This document shows, piece after piece, positions 49,324 through 58,237 of a DNA stretch of 64,000 nt. The notes under the pieces were generated by a model. It made no database searches and had not been told where the DNA came from. It was given only the letters and a program-made list of their open reading frames with translations. The DNA lies in the NCBI GenBank assembly GCA_900548255.1, contig URKH01000001.1:1332-65331 (forward strand), written 5' to 3'. Both the position numbers and the translations under genes were made by a program. Each line of letters starts with the position of its first letter. Position 1 is the stretch's first letter. The DNA comes from an uncultured Collinsella sp. Lineage in GTDB: Bacteria > Actinomycetota > Coriobacteriia > Coriobacteriales > Coriobacteriaceae.

Positions 49324-49743
49324 ATGATTAAAGAGCTTTGCCACGACGAGGCTATCCTGTCCCAGCGTTGCGAGGTTGCGACCGTCGAGGACGAGTCGGT
49401 TGCTCAGGACCTGATCGATACCATCAAGTCGCTCGATGATGCCGGCTGCTTGGCCGCCAACCAGATCGGCGTTACCAAGAAGGTCTGCGTCTACCTGGAC
49501 GACGCCGGCGAGCCCCACGTGCTCTACAACCCCCGTCTGGTGTTTGGCCTGGGCGCCAGCAAGATGGAGGAGAGCTGCCTGACGCACGAGGAGGTCACCA
49601 AGTCCACGCGCTATATCAAGTGCAAGGTTGCCTTTGACCAGATCGTCGATGGCAAGATGCGCGAGCGCAAGCAGGACTTTGTGGGCTTCGAGGCGCAGAT
49701 GGTCCAGCATATGATCGACCACTGTCTTGGAAAGTTGGTCTAA
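49324..49743 (+). CDS. Peptide deformylase-like protein with degenerate active site
   Basis: CLAANQIG, EESCL and QHMIDH in place of GLAAPQIG, EGCLS and QHEIDH. SD GGAGGAA before ATG 49324. Confidence 0.82.
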   Translation: MIKELCHDEAILSQRCEVATVEDESVAQDLIDTIKSLDDAGCLAANQIGVTKKVCVYLDDAGEPHVLYNPRLVFGLGASKMEESCLTHEEVTKSTRYIKCKVAFDQIVDGKMRERKQDFVGFEAQMVQHMIDHCLGKLV

Positions 49744-49874
49744 GGGGACCAAAGCACCGCACTTCGTCTCTTTTGGTCCGGGCGTGACATTGTTGTCATG
49801 TCCGGGCTTTTGTGTTTAGCGCCTTTTTGTTTGGTGACAATAACCTTAGCAGGACCGTAAAGCTAGGAGGCGCT

Positions 49875-50840
49875 ATGTGCACGAGCATTCGATTTACCGA
49901 TAATTCTGGCCACATGTATCTGGGCCGCAACCTCGACTGGAGCTTTGACTACGGCCAACAGGTTCGCGTGATGCCGCGCGGGTTCCACATTCCGTATTCG
50001 TTTATCGACGATGCGTCGGCGGCACACGCGGTAATCGGCATGTGCATCGATTACAAGAACTATCCCATGTTTTTCGACTGTGGTAACGATGCGGGTCTGG
50101 CTGTGGCGGGGCTCAACTTTCCCGGCTATGCCGAGTATGCCGAGGGCCCTGTCGACGGCAAGAACAATATCGCGGCCTATGAGTTTCCCCTGTGGGTGGC
50201 AGCGACGTTCTCGACGGTCGATGAGGTCGAGGCCGCGCTGCGCGACACGGTGATTGTCGCCAAATCTGCCGGAGAGGGGCTGGGCGTGTCGCTGCTCCAT
50301 TGGATTATCGGCGACAGCCAGCGCAGCATCGTGGTCGAGATGATGGCTGACGGCCTGCATGTATACGACGATCCGGTCGACACCCTTGCCAACCAGCCGA
50401 CCTTCCCGTGGCACATGGAAAACCTGCGCACCTATATCACCGCCACAAGCGATTTTCCGCAGACGGCGACATGGCGTGGCGCCGAGCTTAAGCCCTATGG
50501 AGCCGGTGCCGGCATGCGCGGCATTCCGGGCGATTGCTATTCGCCGAGCCGTTTTGTAAAGGCGGCGTACCTCAATGCCAATTACCCGCAAAAGGAGAGC
50601 GAGACCGAAAACGTCGTTCGCATGTTCCGCTCGCTCGAGGGCGTGGTGATGATTGAGGGGGCGTCCAGGATGGGCGATGGCAAGTTCGAGAAGACTATCT
50701 ATACCGGATGCTTTAGCGCGCGCACGGGCAATTATTACTACGCGATGTATGGGGATCCGTCGATTCGTTACGTGAGCCTGATGGATGCCGAGGGCGCGAG
50801 CCCCGATAGGCTCGTGGTTCCCGAGCCGCGTCGTTCGTAG
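49875..50840 (+). CDS. Choloylglycine hydrolase family (bile salt hydrolase / penicillin V acylase)
   Basis: N-terminal MCT nucleophile, GRNLDW, N..GL.VAGLNFPG, LHW, ANQP.F and PGD..SPSRF. Confidence 0.9.
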   Translation: MCTSIRFTDNSGHMYLGRNLDWSFDYGQQVRVMPRGFHIPYSFIDDASAAHAVIGMCIDYKNYPMFFDCGNDAGLAVAGLNFPGYAEYAEGPVDGKNNIAAYEFPLWVAATFSTVDEVEAALRDTVIVAKSAGEGLGVSLLHWIIGDSQRSIVVEMMADGLHVYDDPVDTLANQPTFPWHMENLRTYITATSDFPQTATWRGAELKPYGAGAGMRGIPGDCYSPSRFVKAAYLNANYPQKESETENVVRMFRSLEGVVMIEGASRMGDGKFEKTIYTGCFSARTGNYYYAMYGDPSIRYVSLMDAEGASPDRLVVPEPRRS

Positions 50841-50863
50841 CTCACCGGTCCGTTGCGACATAA

Positions 50864-50899
50864 AACGGCCCCGCACCTCTTATGAGATGCGGGGCCGTT
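50864..50899. terminator. Bidirectional terminator
   Basis: aacggccccgca-cctcttatgaga-tgcggggccgtt. Confidence 0.75.
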
Positions 50900-50921
50900 G
50901 TCGTCAATGGCTGGTGGCGTG

Positions 50922-53168
50922 TTAGAAGTTGGCGTCGTTGAACTGGGTGCTCTCGAGTCCGTCGAGTTGCTGTTCGGGCGTATCGGCGACGCTCTCGAGC
51001 AGCTCGGTGGGATCGACGTTCATGCTCTTGCCGGCCTCGTTGCCGTTGACCAAGTCGTCCGAGAAGATGTCGACCTCCATTTCCTCGGCCTCTTCGATCT
51101 GAACCTCGAGCGGCACCTGGGTGCGCACAAGTTTGACGGCCGGGCGCATGCGGGCAAAGAGCGGTACGTACTCAATGATGATGGCCGAGTTCTCGAGACC
51201 GTACCAGCGTGCCGGGCTTCCGCAGGCGCGGCGGACGGCGTACTTGATGGCCATCACGCGGTGGTCGTTGCGGTTGATGTCCGTTTCGGGGGCAAGCATC
51301 TTGCGCAGCATGCAAAAACGGAAGTCGCCCACGTTGCCGCGTGTCTCGTAGATGGAGTAGGTGTGATGCTGCGGTGGCAGCTCACCCGATGTCATCAAGT
51401 CGCCAACGATCTGACGCAGATAGGCGTTGATGCGCTGGTTGACCTTAAAGCCCAGGTCCAGGCGCACGCGGAACAAAAAGTCCGTGCCAAAGGTCTCGAC
51501 GGAATACTCGTGCGTATAGGGCTCGTCGGTAACGTGCACGTTGATGAACCAATATGCCTTGGCGCGCTTGGGGTGCTTGTCCAGGATGGAATAGAGCACG
51601 TCGCGGTCGAGCGTGAGCGGGTCGGGGCTGTTGGTGAGGAACACCAGATTGTCGGCGAGCACGGGGTAGGTCTCGTCGTTGCGCAGGCGGTTGAGCTGAT
51701 CGATGTACTTGGAGACGGGCAGCAGGATCGTCTGCGTGCGCTCGATGGCGGTGCCGCGGCGCCACACGTACATAAGGCCAAACAGCAGCGAGGCCAGGAA
51801 GATCATCACATAGCCGCCGTCAAAGAACATGGTGAGGCACGAGGCAAAGAAGCAGAGCTCGATGGCGCCAAAAAGCAGGGCAAAGACGCAGGCGCCCAGC
51901 TTGTGCTTGAGGATGCCGGCGATATAGCTCGTCAAAAGCGTCGTGGTCATGAGCATAGTCACGGTGATGGCGAGGCCGTAGGCGCTCTCCATGCGCTCGG
52001 AGTTTTGGAACAGCAGCACGATGAAGATACAGCCGACCCACATGATGTTGTTGACGAGCGGAATATAGAGTTGACCCTTGGTGTCGCTGGGGTAGTGGAT
52101 GCGCAGATGCGGCATAAGGTTGAGACGCGTGGCCTCGGATACCAGCGAGAACGAGCCGGTGATAAGCGCCTGCGAGGCGATGATGGCCGCTACGGCCGAT
52201 AGCACGATGGCAAAGGGGCGCAGGGGCTCGGGAAGCATCATGTAGAACGGGTTGACGATGTCCATCGCGAGCATCTGGGGATTGGAGTTGTTGGCGAGCA
52301 GCCAAGCGCCCTGACCCAGATAGTTAAGGATGAGGGCCGCCTTTACGAACGGCCAGGATGCGTAAATGTTAGCCTTGCCCACGTGACCCATGTCCGAATA
52401 GAGCGCCTCGGCGCCGGTCGTCGACAGGAAGACGAAGCCGAGCACCATGATGCCCGAGTGGTTGATGGGCGAGAACAGGAACATGATGCCGCGGATGGGG
52501 TTGAGTGCGCGCAAGATGGACAGGTTGCCGAGCATGTTGAACAGGCCGGCGCCCGCCAGGAACAGGAACCATAGCGTCATGAGCGGGCCGAAGAGCTTGC
52601 CGATTGACGAGGTGCCGGCGCGCTGCATGGCAAATAGGCCGCAGATAATGATGATGGTAATAATGATGACGTTGGTCTGGCCGTCGCCCAATAGCGCGTG
52701 GCCCCACTCGATGGTGCGCAGACCCTCGATGGCTGTGGTGACCGTGACGGCGGGGGTGAGGATGCCGTCGGCAAGCAGCGCCGCACCGCCGATCATGGCG
52801 GGAAGGATCAGCCACGGCGCCACTTTGCGCACGAGACTGAACAGGGCGAAGATACCGCCCTCGTTGTGGTTGTCGGCCCTCATGGCGATTAGCACGTACT
52901 TGACCGTGGTTACGAGCGTCATGGTCCAGATGACGAGCGAAAGCGCGCCCAGGATCATGTCCTCGCTGACGGTACCGATGCCGCCGTTGTTGGCGACGAT
53001 TGATTTCATGGTGTACATAGGGCTCGTGCCGATGTCGCCATAGACGACGCCGAGCGTTACGAGCAACATACCAGCAGAAAGGGGAATGGCTCCATGCCCG
53101 CTCTGTCCGTGCTGGTCTTGGAGGTTTGCCTCCAGTTTGTTGTGTGCCACGTGGACTCCCTTAGACAT
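50922..53168 (-). CDS. kup: KUP/HAK/KT potassium transporter
   Basis: GVVYGDIGTSP.Y, EGGIFAL, DGILTPA, GAEALYSDMGH and AYGLAI motifs. Start may be GTG 53150. Confidence 0.95.
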   Translation of the reverse strand: MSKGVHVAHNKLEANLQDQHGQSGHGAIPLSAGMLLVTLGVVYGDIGTSPMYTMKSIVANNGGIGTVSEDMILGALSLVIWTMTLVTTVKYVLIAMRADNHNEGGIFALFSLVRKVAPWLILPAMIGGAALLADGILTPAVTVTTAIEGLRTIEWGHALLGDGQTNVIIITIIIICGLFAMQRAGTSSIGKLFGPLMTLWFLFLAGAGLFNMLGNLSILRALNPIRGIMFLFSPINHSGIMVLGFVFLSTTGAEALYSDMGHVGKANIYASWPFVKAALILNYLGQGAWLLANNSNPQMLAMDIVNPFYMMLPEPLRPFAIVLSAVAAIIASQALITGSFSLVSEATRLNLMPHLRIHYPSDTKGQLYIPLVNNIMWVGCIFIVLLFQNSERMESAYGLAITVTMLMTTTLLTSYIAGILKHKLGACVFALLFGAIELCFFASCLTMFFDGGYVMIFLASLLFGLMYVWRRGTAIERTQTILLPVSKYIDQLNRLRNDETYPVLADNLVFLTNSPDPLTLDRDVLYSILDKHPKRAKAYWFINVHVTDEPYTHEYSVETFGTDFLFRVRLDLGFKVNQRINAYLRQIVGDLMTSGELPPQHHTYSIYETRGNVGDFRFCMLRKMLAPETDINRNDHRVMAIKYAVRRACGSPARWYGLENSAIIIEYVPLFARMRPAVKLVRTQVPLEVQIEEAEEMEVDIFSDDLVNGNEAGKSMNVDPTELLESVADTPEQQLDGLESTQFNDANF

Positions 53169-53379
53169 CCGGTTATCTGTCTAGGGCAGATAACCTTTAT
53201 GCCATCTTTATACATATAAGAGCAGTTTGGCACATCGGGGTGTTTTAGACAATAATCCCCATCTGGGGATTATTCATGTACGCAGGTAGCATTTCAAAAC
53301 AGGGGCGCACCGGCTGTATGGTCTTGCTGCAATGTGATAACCACGGACGCGCCCCTGCTTTGAAACTGAAGAGGGGCTT

Positions 53380-54291
53380 TTAGGCGCGTGCTGCTTGGGC
53401 GATGCTTGCTTTGGTGTCTGCGCGTTTGCCGGCGACTTCGCAAAAGATCGCGCCGCCGATGATCAACGCGGCGCCCATGAGGCGGATGGGCGTCATGGTC
53501 TCTCCCAAAAGGGCAACGGAGAACACGACGGCCGAAAGCGGCTCGAGGTAGCCGACGACCGCGACGGTCTGGACGGGCAGCTTGGCGACGGCACTAAAGT
53601 AGAGCAGGCAACCGATGCCGGTGTTGACGACGCCGAGCATGGCGACGGCGCCCCAATCGATGCCGGCGGCAATGCTGGGGGAGAGGAACGAGGGGGCACC
53701 TTGCGTGAAGAGCGTAAGGATCAACGCGGTTACAAAGGCGGCGCTCACCTGGAGCGTGGAGTTCTCGAGGCCTTCGATGTGTGGCGCACCCTTGCTAGCG
53801 ATGACCATCAAGGCGTAGCAGAAGGCCGAGGCGATGCCGCAAGCGATACCCGCAATGGGCATATTGCCGCCTAGACCTTGCGCCGCAATGAGAAAGGCGC
53901 CACAGGCAACGGCGATAAACCCGGCGATTTTGCCGCCGGTCAGCTTTTCGCCAAAAATGAGCGGGGAGAGGGCCATAACGATGATGGGGCCGCAGTAATA
54001 CAACAGCGAGGAGATGCCAACGCCGATCGTCTGATAGGCGCGGAACAGGAAAATCCAGCTGGCGCCCAGCGCGGCGCCCGAGACGATGAGCGCTGCGGCC
54101 TCGCGGGGGCGAGACGGAGCCTGCAGGTTATGGCGCTTGGTTATGAAGAGGATGGCGGCAAGGGTGAGAGCGCCCAAAAACGTGCGCAACAGTACGATAT
54201 CGGAGCTCGGCAGCGCGATGGCAGCGGCGATGATGCCGTTGGAGCCAAACAATAGCAATGCTGCTAAGTACGTAAACAGTCCGTTGTTCAT
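53380..54291 (-). CDS. EamA/DMT family transporter
   Basis: About 10 TMs, LLYYCGP, YLEPLSAV; divergent from a LysR gene. Confidence 0.88.
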   Translation of the reverse strand: MNNGLFTYLAALLLFGSNGIIAAAIALPSSDIVLLRTFLGALTLAAILFITKRHNLQAPSRPREAAALIVSGAALGASWIFLFRAYQTIGVGISSLLYYCGPIIVMALSPLIFGEKLTGGKIAGFIAVACGAFLIAAQGLGGNMPIAGIACGIASAFCYALMVIASKGAPHIEGLENSTLQVSAAFVTALILTLFTQGAPSFLSPSIAAGIDWGAVAMLGVVNTGIGCLLYFSAVAKLPVQTVAVVGYLEPLSAVVFSVALLGETMTPIRLMGAALIIGGAIFCEVAGKRADTKASIAQAARA

Positions 54292-54409
54292 GTGCTGACA
54301 TCTCCTCTATATCCGAGCATGTTCACTATGGGTGAGGTGGCTTTAGAAGAAAAGCGAATATAATGCATGGATAACATGACAAAAACTCATGTAAAGGTGG
54401 AGGGATGCC

Positions 54410-55267
54410 GTGGAAACGAATATTCAAAAGATGCAAGTGCTGCTCGAGACGGTGCGTGCCGGCAGCTTTACGCATGCTGCAGAGCGGCTGAGCTATTCGC
54501 AGTCGGGCGTGAGCCGCATGGTGGGCGACCTTGAGGCAGACTGGGGTTTTAAGGTGCTTGATCGCGGCCGCGAGGGCGTGGTGCTTTCTGCCGACGGGCG
54601 GCAGGTCATGCCGGCAGTCGAGGCGTTATGCGAAGAGTTTGGCCGCCTGCAGCGACGCGTGGACGAGATGCGGGGGCTCATGCGTGGCAAGATCTGTATC
54701 GGTACATTCTCGAGTGTGGCGACCCATGTACTGCCGCCGGTGATCGCGCGGTTTCGCGCTGATCACCCGGATGTCGATTACGAGCTGCTGATGGGTGATT
54801 ACTCCGAGATTGAGCAATGGGTGGCGGAAGGCCGCTGCGACCTGGGCTTTATTCCGCGCGAGCCACGCGGCGCCGGCATGGCGTCGCGGCCGTTGGTGCA
54901 AGACGAGCTGATGGCCGTGGTGCCAGCGGACTCCTCGCTTGCCACCGCGGAGGTCGTTTCCCTTGCCGATTTGGCCAACGAGCAGTTTATTCTTCTGGAA
55001 CGCGGTAGCGACGACGAGATTACGCCGCTGTTTCGCCGCGCGGGTCTGGCGGTGCGTTCTAAGCTATCGACCTGGGATGATTATGCGATTATGGCCATGG
55101 TCGAGGACGGTCTGGGCGTGAGTATTCTTCCGGCGCTCATCTTGCGCCGCTGTCAGTTCGATGTCGCCGTGCGTCCGCTCGAGGGACATCCCCATCGGCA
55201 GATCAACGCGATATATCGCACGGCTGACGTTTCGCTTGCCGCCGCTCGATTCCTTGAATATCTCTAA
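54410..55267 (+). CDS. LysR family regulator
   Basis: GSFTHAAERLSYSQSGVSRM HTH; DDYAIMAMVEDGLGVSIL. Confidence 0.93.
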   Translation: METNIQKMQVLLETVRAGSFTHAAERLSYSQSGVSRMVGDLEADWGFKVLDRGREGVVLSADGRQVMPAVEALCEEFGRLQRRVDEMRGLMRGKICIGTFSSVATHVLPPVIARFRADHPDVDYELLMGDYSEIEQWVAEGRCDLGFIPREPRGAGMASRPLVQDELMAVVPADSSLATAEVVSLADLANEQFILLERGSDDEITPLFRRAGLAVRSKLSTWDDYAIMAMVEDGLGVSILPALILRRCQFDVAVRPLEGHPHRQINAIYRTADVSLAAARFLEYL

Positions 55268-55326
55268 ACGCGTGCGCGTCATTGTCCGCCTTGGGCAAAT
55301 CTCGGAGTTCGGTACGTTTTCTTGTG

Positions 55327-55410
55327 AAATTGAACTTCCGAATAAGGTACGGCGCTATACTGCTGCCTAAATTGAACTTAGGTTCAATTCGTGTTCTATA
55401 AATTGAACTT
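55327..55410. promoter_or_regulatory. Repeated AAATTGAACTT operator-like sites
   Basis: Three exact direct copies (55327, 55369, 55400) and one inverted half-site (55380-55389). Confidence 0.75.
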
Positions 55411-55429
55411 TGCCAGCAAGGAGGTTCCT

Positions 55430-56950
55430 GTGGCCCAAGAGACGTTTAGCGATCGCCTGCGACAGACTATGTCCGATCGCGACGTTCGCCAGTCGGACGT
55501 AATCCGCGCATCGGAGATGCTCGGCAAAAAACTCGGCAAGAGTCAGATGAGCCAATATGTGAGCGGCAAGACGATCCCGCGGCGCGATGTGGCAGAGCTA
55601 CTCGCCCGTATTTTGGAGGTTGATGTTACCTGGCTGATCGCCGGTGACGCCGATCAAGGCGAGGAATCATCGCCTCGCAACGTGCCCAAGCCCGAACCCC
55701 ATCCCTCAGCTCAAATTCCAAGGAGCACCACCATGCGTACTTTTTCTAAATCCACCAAGCTCGATAACGTCCTGTATGACGTGCGCGGCCCCGTCGTCGA
55801 CGAGGCCGCCCGTATGGAGGACGAGGGCGAGCGTATTCTCAAGCTCAACATCGGCAACCCCGCGCCCTTTGGTTTCCGCACGCCCGATGAGGTCATCAAG
55901 GACATGCGCCAGCAGCTGCCCGACTGCGAAGGCTATTCCAACTCGCGCGGTCTGTTCTCCGCGCGCAAGGCAATCATGCAGTACTCGCAGATCAAGGGCC
56001 TGCCCAATGTTCAGATGGAGCACATCTACACGGGCAACGGCGTGTCCGAACTCATTCAGCTTTCGATGAACGCGCTGCTCGACAATGGCGACGAGATTCT
56101 GATCCCCAGCCCCGATTATCCGCTCTGGACGGCGTGCGCAACCCTTGCCGGCGGTCATCCCGTTCACTATCTGTGTGATGAGCAAGCGGATTGGTATCCC
56201 GACCTGGAGGATATGGAGTCCAAGATCACGAGCGCGACCAAGGCCCTCGTCATCATCAACCCCAACAACCCCACGGGCTCGGTCTATCCGCGCGAGGTGC
56301 TCGAGGGCATCGTTGAAATCGCGCGCAGGCACCAGCTCATGATTTTTGCCGACGAGATCTACGACCGCCTGTGCATGGACGGCTACGAGCACGTCTCCAT
56401 TGCATCACTCGCCCCCGACCTGCCCTGCGTCACCTTTAGCGGCCTTTCCAAGTCGCACATGATCGCGGGCTATCGTATTGGCTGGATGGTGCTTTCGGGT
56501 AACCAGCGCTGCATGAGCGACTTTATTATGGGCATCAACATGCTCTCGAACATGCGCCTGTGCTCCAACGTGCCGGCTCAGTCGATCGTCCAGACGGCGC
56601 TCGGCGGCCATCAGTCTGTTAACAACTACATCCGCCCCGGCGGTCGTGTCTACGAGCAGCGCAACTTTGTGTATGAGGCACTCAACAAGATCGACGGCAT
56701 CTCGGTGGTCAAGCCGCGTGCGGCGTTCTATATCTTCCCCAAGATGGATGTGAAGAAGTTCAACATCACCGATGACGAGCAGTTTGCCCTCGACCTGCTG
56801 CACGAGAAGAAGATCCTGATCACGCGCGGTGGCGGCTTCAACTGGGCTGAGCCTGACCACTTCCGCATCGTGTACCTGCCGCGCATGGAAGTGCTCAAAG
56901 AGTCGCTCGAAGACCTTGCCGACTTCTTCGACCATTACCGCCAGTCGTAA
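55430..56950 (+). CDS. XRE-HTH domain fused to an AlaA/AlaT-type class I aminotransferase
   Basis: GTG start with SD AAGGAGG. HTH RLRQ...KSQMSQYVSGKT.P...LA.IL.V...WL; then KLNIGNPA, NGVSELI, NPNNPTG, DEIYD and GLSKS...GYR.GW. Confidence 0.9.
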   Translation: MAQETFSDRLRQTMSDRDVRQSDVIRASEMLGKKLGKSQMSQYVSGKTIPRRDVAELLARILEVDVTWLIAGDADQGEESSPRNVPKPEPHPSAQIPRSTTMRTFSKSTKLDNVLYDVRGPVVDEAARMEDEGERILKLNIGNPAPFGFRTPDEVIKDMRQQLPDCEGYSNSRGLFSARKAIMQYSQIKGLPNVQMEHIYTGNGVSELIQLSMNALLDNGDEILIPSPDYPLWTACATLAGGHPVHYLCDEQADWYPDLEDMESKITSATKALVIINPNNPTGSVYPREVLEGIVEIARRHQLMIFADEIYDRLCMDGYEHVSIASLAPDLPCVTFSGLSKSHMIAGYRIGWMVLSGNQRCMSDFIMGINMLSNMRLCSNVPAQSIVQTALGGHQSVNNYIRPGGRVYEQRNFVYEALNKIDGISVVKPRAAFYIFPKMDVKKFNITDDEQFALDLLHEKKILITRGGGFNWAEPDHFRIVYLPRMEVLKESLEDLADFFDHYRQS

Positions 56951-56970
56951 CGACAAAGGTAGCCTGTACT

Positions 56971-57009
56971 AAAACGGCCGGCCCGCATCCGTTGCGGGCC
57001 GGCCGTTTT
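56971..57009 (+). terminator. Intrinsic terminator
   Basis: aaaacggccggcccgca-tccgt-tgcgggccggccgtttt. Confidence 0.85.
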
Positions 57010-57079
57010 CTGTCTAAGCCCGTGCTGCTAACGCTTTGTCTCTTTGAGCGAGCAAGGTTCGCGTGTGAGCGGTAAGTTC

Positions 57080-57096
57080 TATTCCAAAATGGAATA
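57080..57096. promoter_or_regulatory. Probable LysR box (T-N11-A dyad)
   Basis: TATTCC-aaaat-GGAATA upstream of the amidohydrolase operon. Confidence 0.55.
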
Positions 57097-57177
57097 CAGT
57101 AGGCTTAAGCTGGAATTGATGCCCGGGTACCCGCTTTTCTAGAATGTTCTCAACAAGATGAAAGGCGGTTCCAACCA

Positions 57178-58212
57178 ATGATTATCGATGCAAATTCCTA
57201 CTGGTTCGACGAGCGCATCTTTCATGACGAGACGCTCTGCGAACAGTTTTTGGCCGAGGTGCCCCGCGCCTACGACACCGAAGGCTATCTGACCGTGAAT
57301 TCCGCCGGCAAGCGACAGATCGTGATCGAGATGCCCGCCGGTTCTCCGGGCCTTAATTACATCGAGGGCGACTACACCCTCGAGAAGCGCTTGGCCGATA
57401 TGGATGAGGCGGGGGTCGACAAGGCGATCCTCAAGCTCCCCGGCTGCCACGAGTGGATGTCGCTCGAGATGTGTCGGCGCTTCAACGACGGTATGGCCGC
57501 TGACGCGAAGGCGTCAAATGGCCGCCTGATTCCGCTTGTCGCTGTGCCACCCTTTGGCACCAAGGCAAATTTAGAGGAGCTCGACCGCAGGCTCGACGAT
57601 GGTTTTGCGGGTGTGCAGCTCTGCGCTCACTACGGCAAGCGCTATCTCGACGACCGGGTTTTCTCGAGCTTCTTCGAGCACCTGAACGAGCGCAACGTCA
57701 CCGTTTACGTCCACCATGTTCCCGTACCGGTCGAGAACGAGTCGCTTCTCGCGTACGACAACCTTCGCCGCTCTTATGGTCGCTGCGTCGACCAAACTAC
57801 GGCGATCGGCCGCGAGATCTTTGGTGATTTCTTCGAGCGCTATCCTAATATCAAGATGGTCCACTCCATGCTCGGTGGCGCATACTTTGCGTTCAAGGAG
57901 ATGCTGCTGCCTCACGGCCCCAAGCGCCCTGATGCCTCTGGACGTTTTCAGGTCGATACCGAGACCGTTTCCAAGCGCCTCGAGAACAACATCTATTTCG
58001 ACATGTCCCATGCCCAGCCTTGGGGCAAGACACTCCTCGCCTGCGCGGTTAACGTGTTGGGTGCAGACCATATTGTTTTTGGCACGAGCTATCCGGTTAA
58101 ACGCGAGTGGCTCACCGAGGGTGTCGCCTGCGTTCGTGCCGCGAGTCTGAGCAATGCAGACACAGATCTTGTGCTTGGCGGCACGGCGCAGCGACTGTAC
58201 GGTGTCGAGTGA
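57178..58212 (+). CDS. Amidohydrolase_2 family TIM-barrel protein with atypical metal ligands
   Basis: RLADMDEAGVD, FND..A, VYVHH, FERYPNIK.VHS.LGG, GADHIVFGTSYP and GGTA.RLY. Confidence 0.8.
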   Translation: MIIDANSYWFDERIFHDETLCEQFLAEVPRAYDTEGYLTVNSAGKRQIVIEMPAGSPGLNYIEGDYTLEKRLADMDEAGVDKAILKLPGCHEWMSLEMCRRFNDGMAADAKASNGRLIPLVAVPPFGTKANLEELDRRLDDGFAGVQLCAHYGKRYLDDRVFSSFFEHLNERNVTVYVHHVPVPVENESLLAYDNLRRSYGRCVDQTTAIGREIFGDFFERYPNIKMVHSMLGGAYFAFKEMLLPHGPKRPDASGRFQVDTETVSKRLENNIYFDMSHAQPWGKTLLACAVNVLGADHIVFGTSYPVKREWLTEGVACVRAASLSNADTDLVLGGTAQRLYGVE

Positions 58213-58237
58213 GCGGCAATCAGAGGGGGTGTCTGCC

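Noticed and set aside
53160..53280. c-di-AMP (ydaO) riboswitch upstream of kup
   Set aside because: Only two simple hairpins are present (ggttatctg/cagataacc and aataatcccc/ggggattatt); I could not find the conserved ydaO motifs.
55374..55385. GAAC-N4-GTTC as a LexA SOS box
   Set aside because: The core matches, but the flanks are TT/AA rather than TC/GA, and the same half-site recurs in non-SOS arrangements next to a gene with its own HTH. It is not excluded, only less likely.
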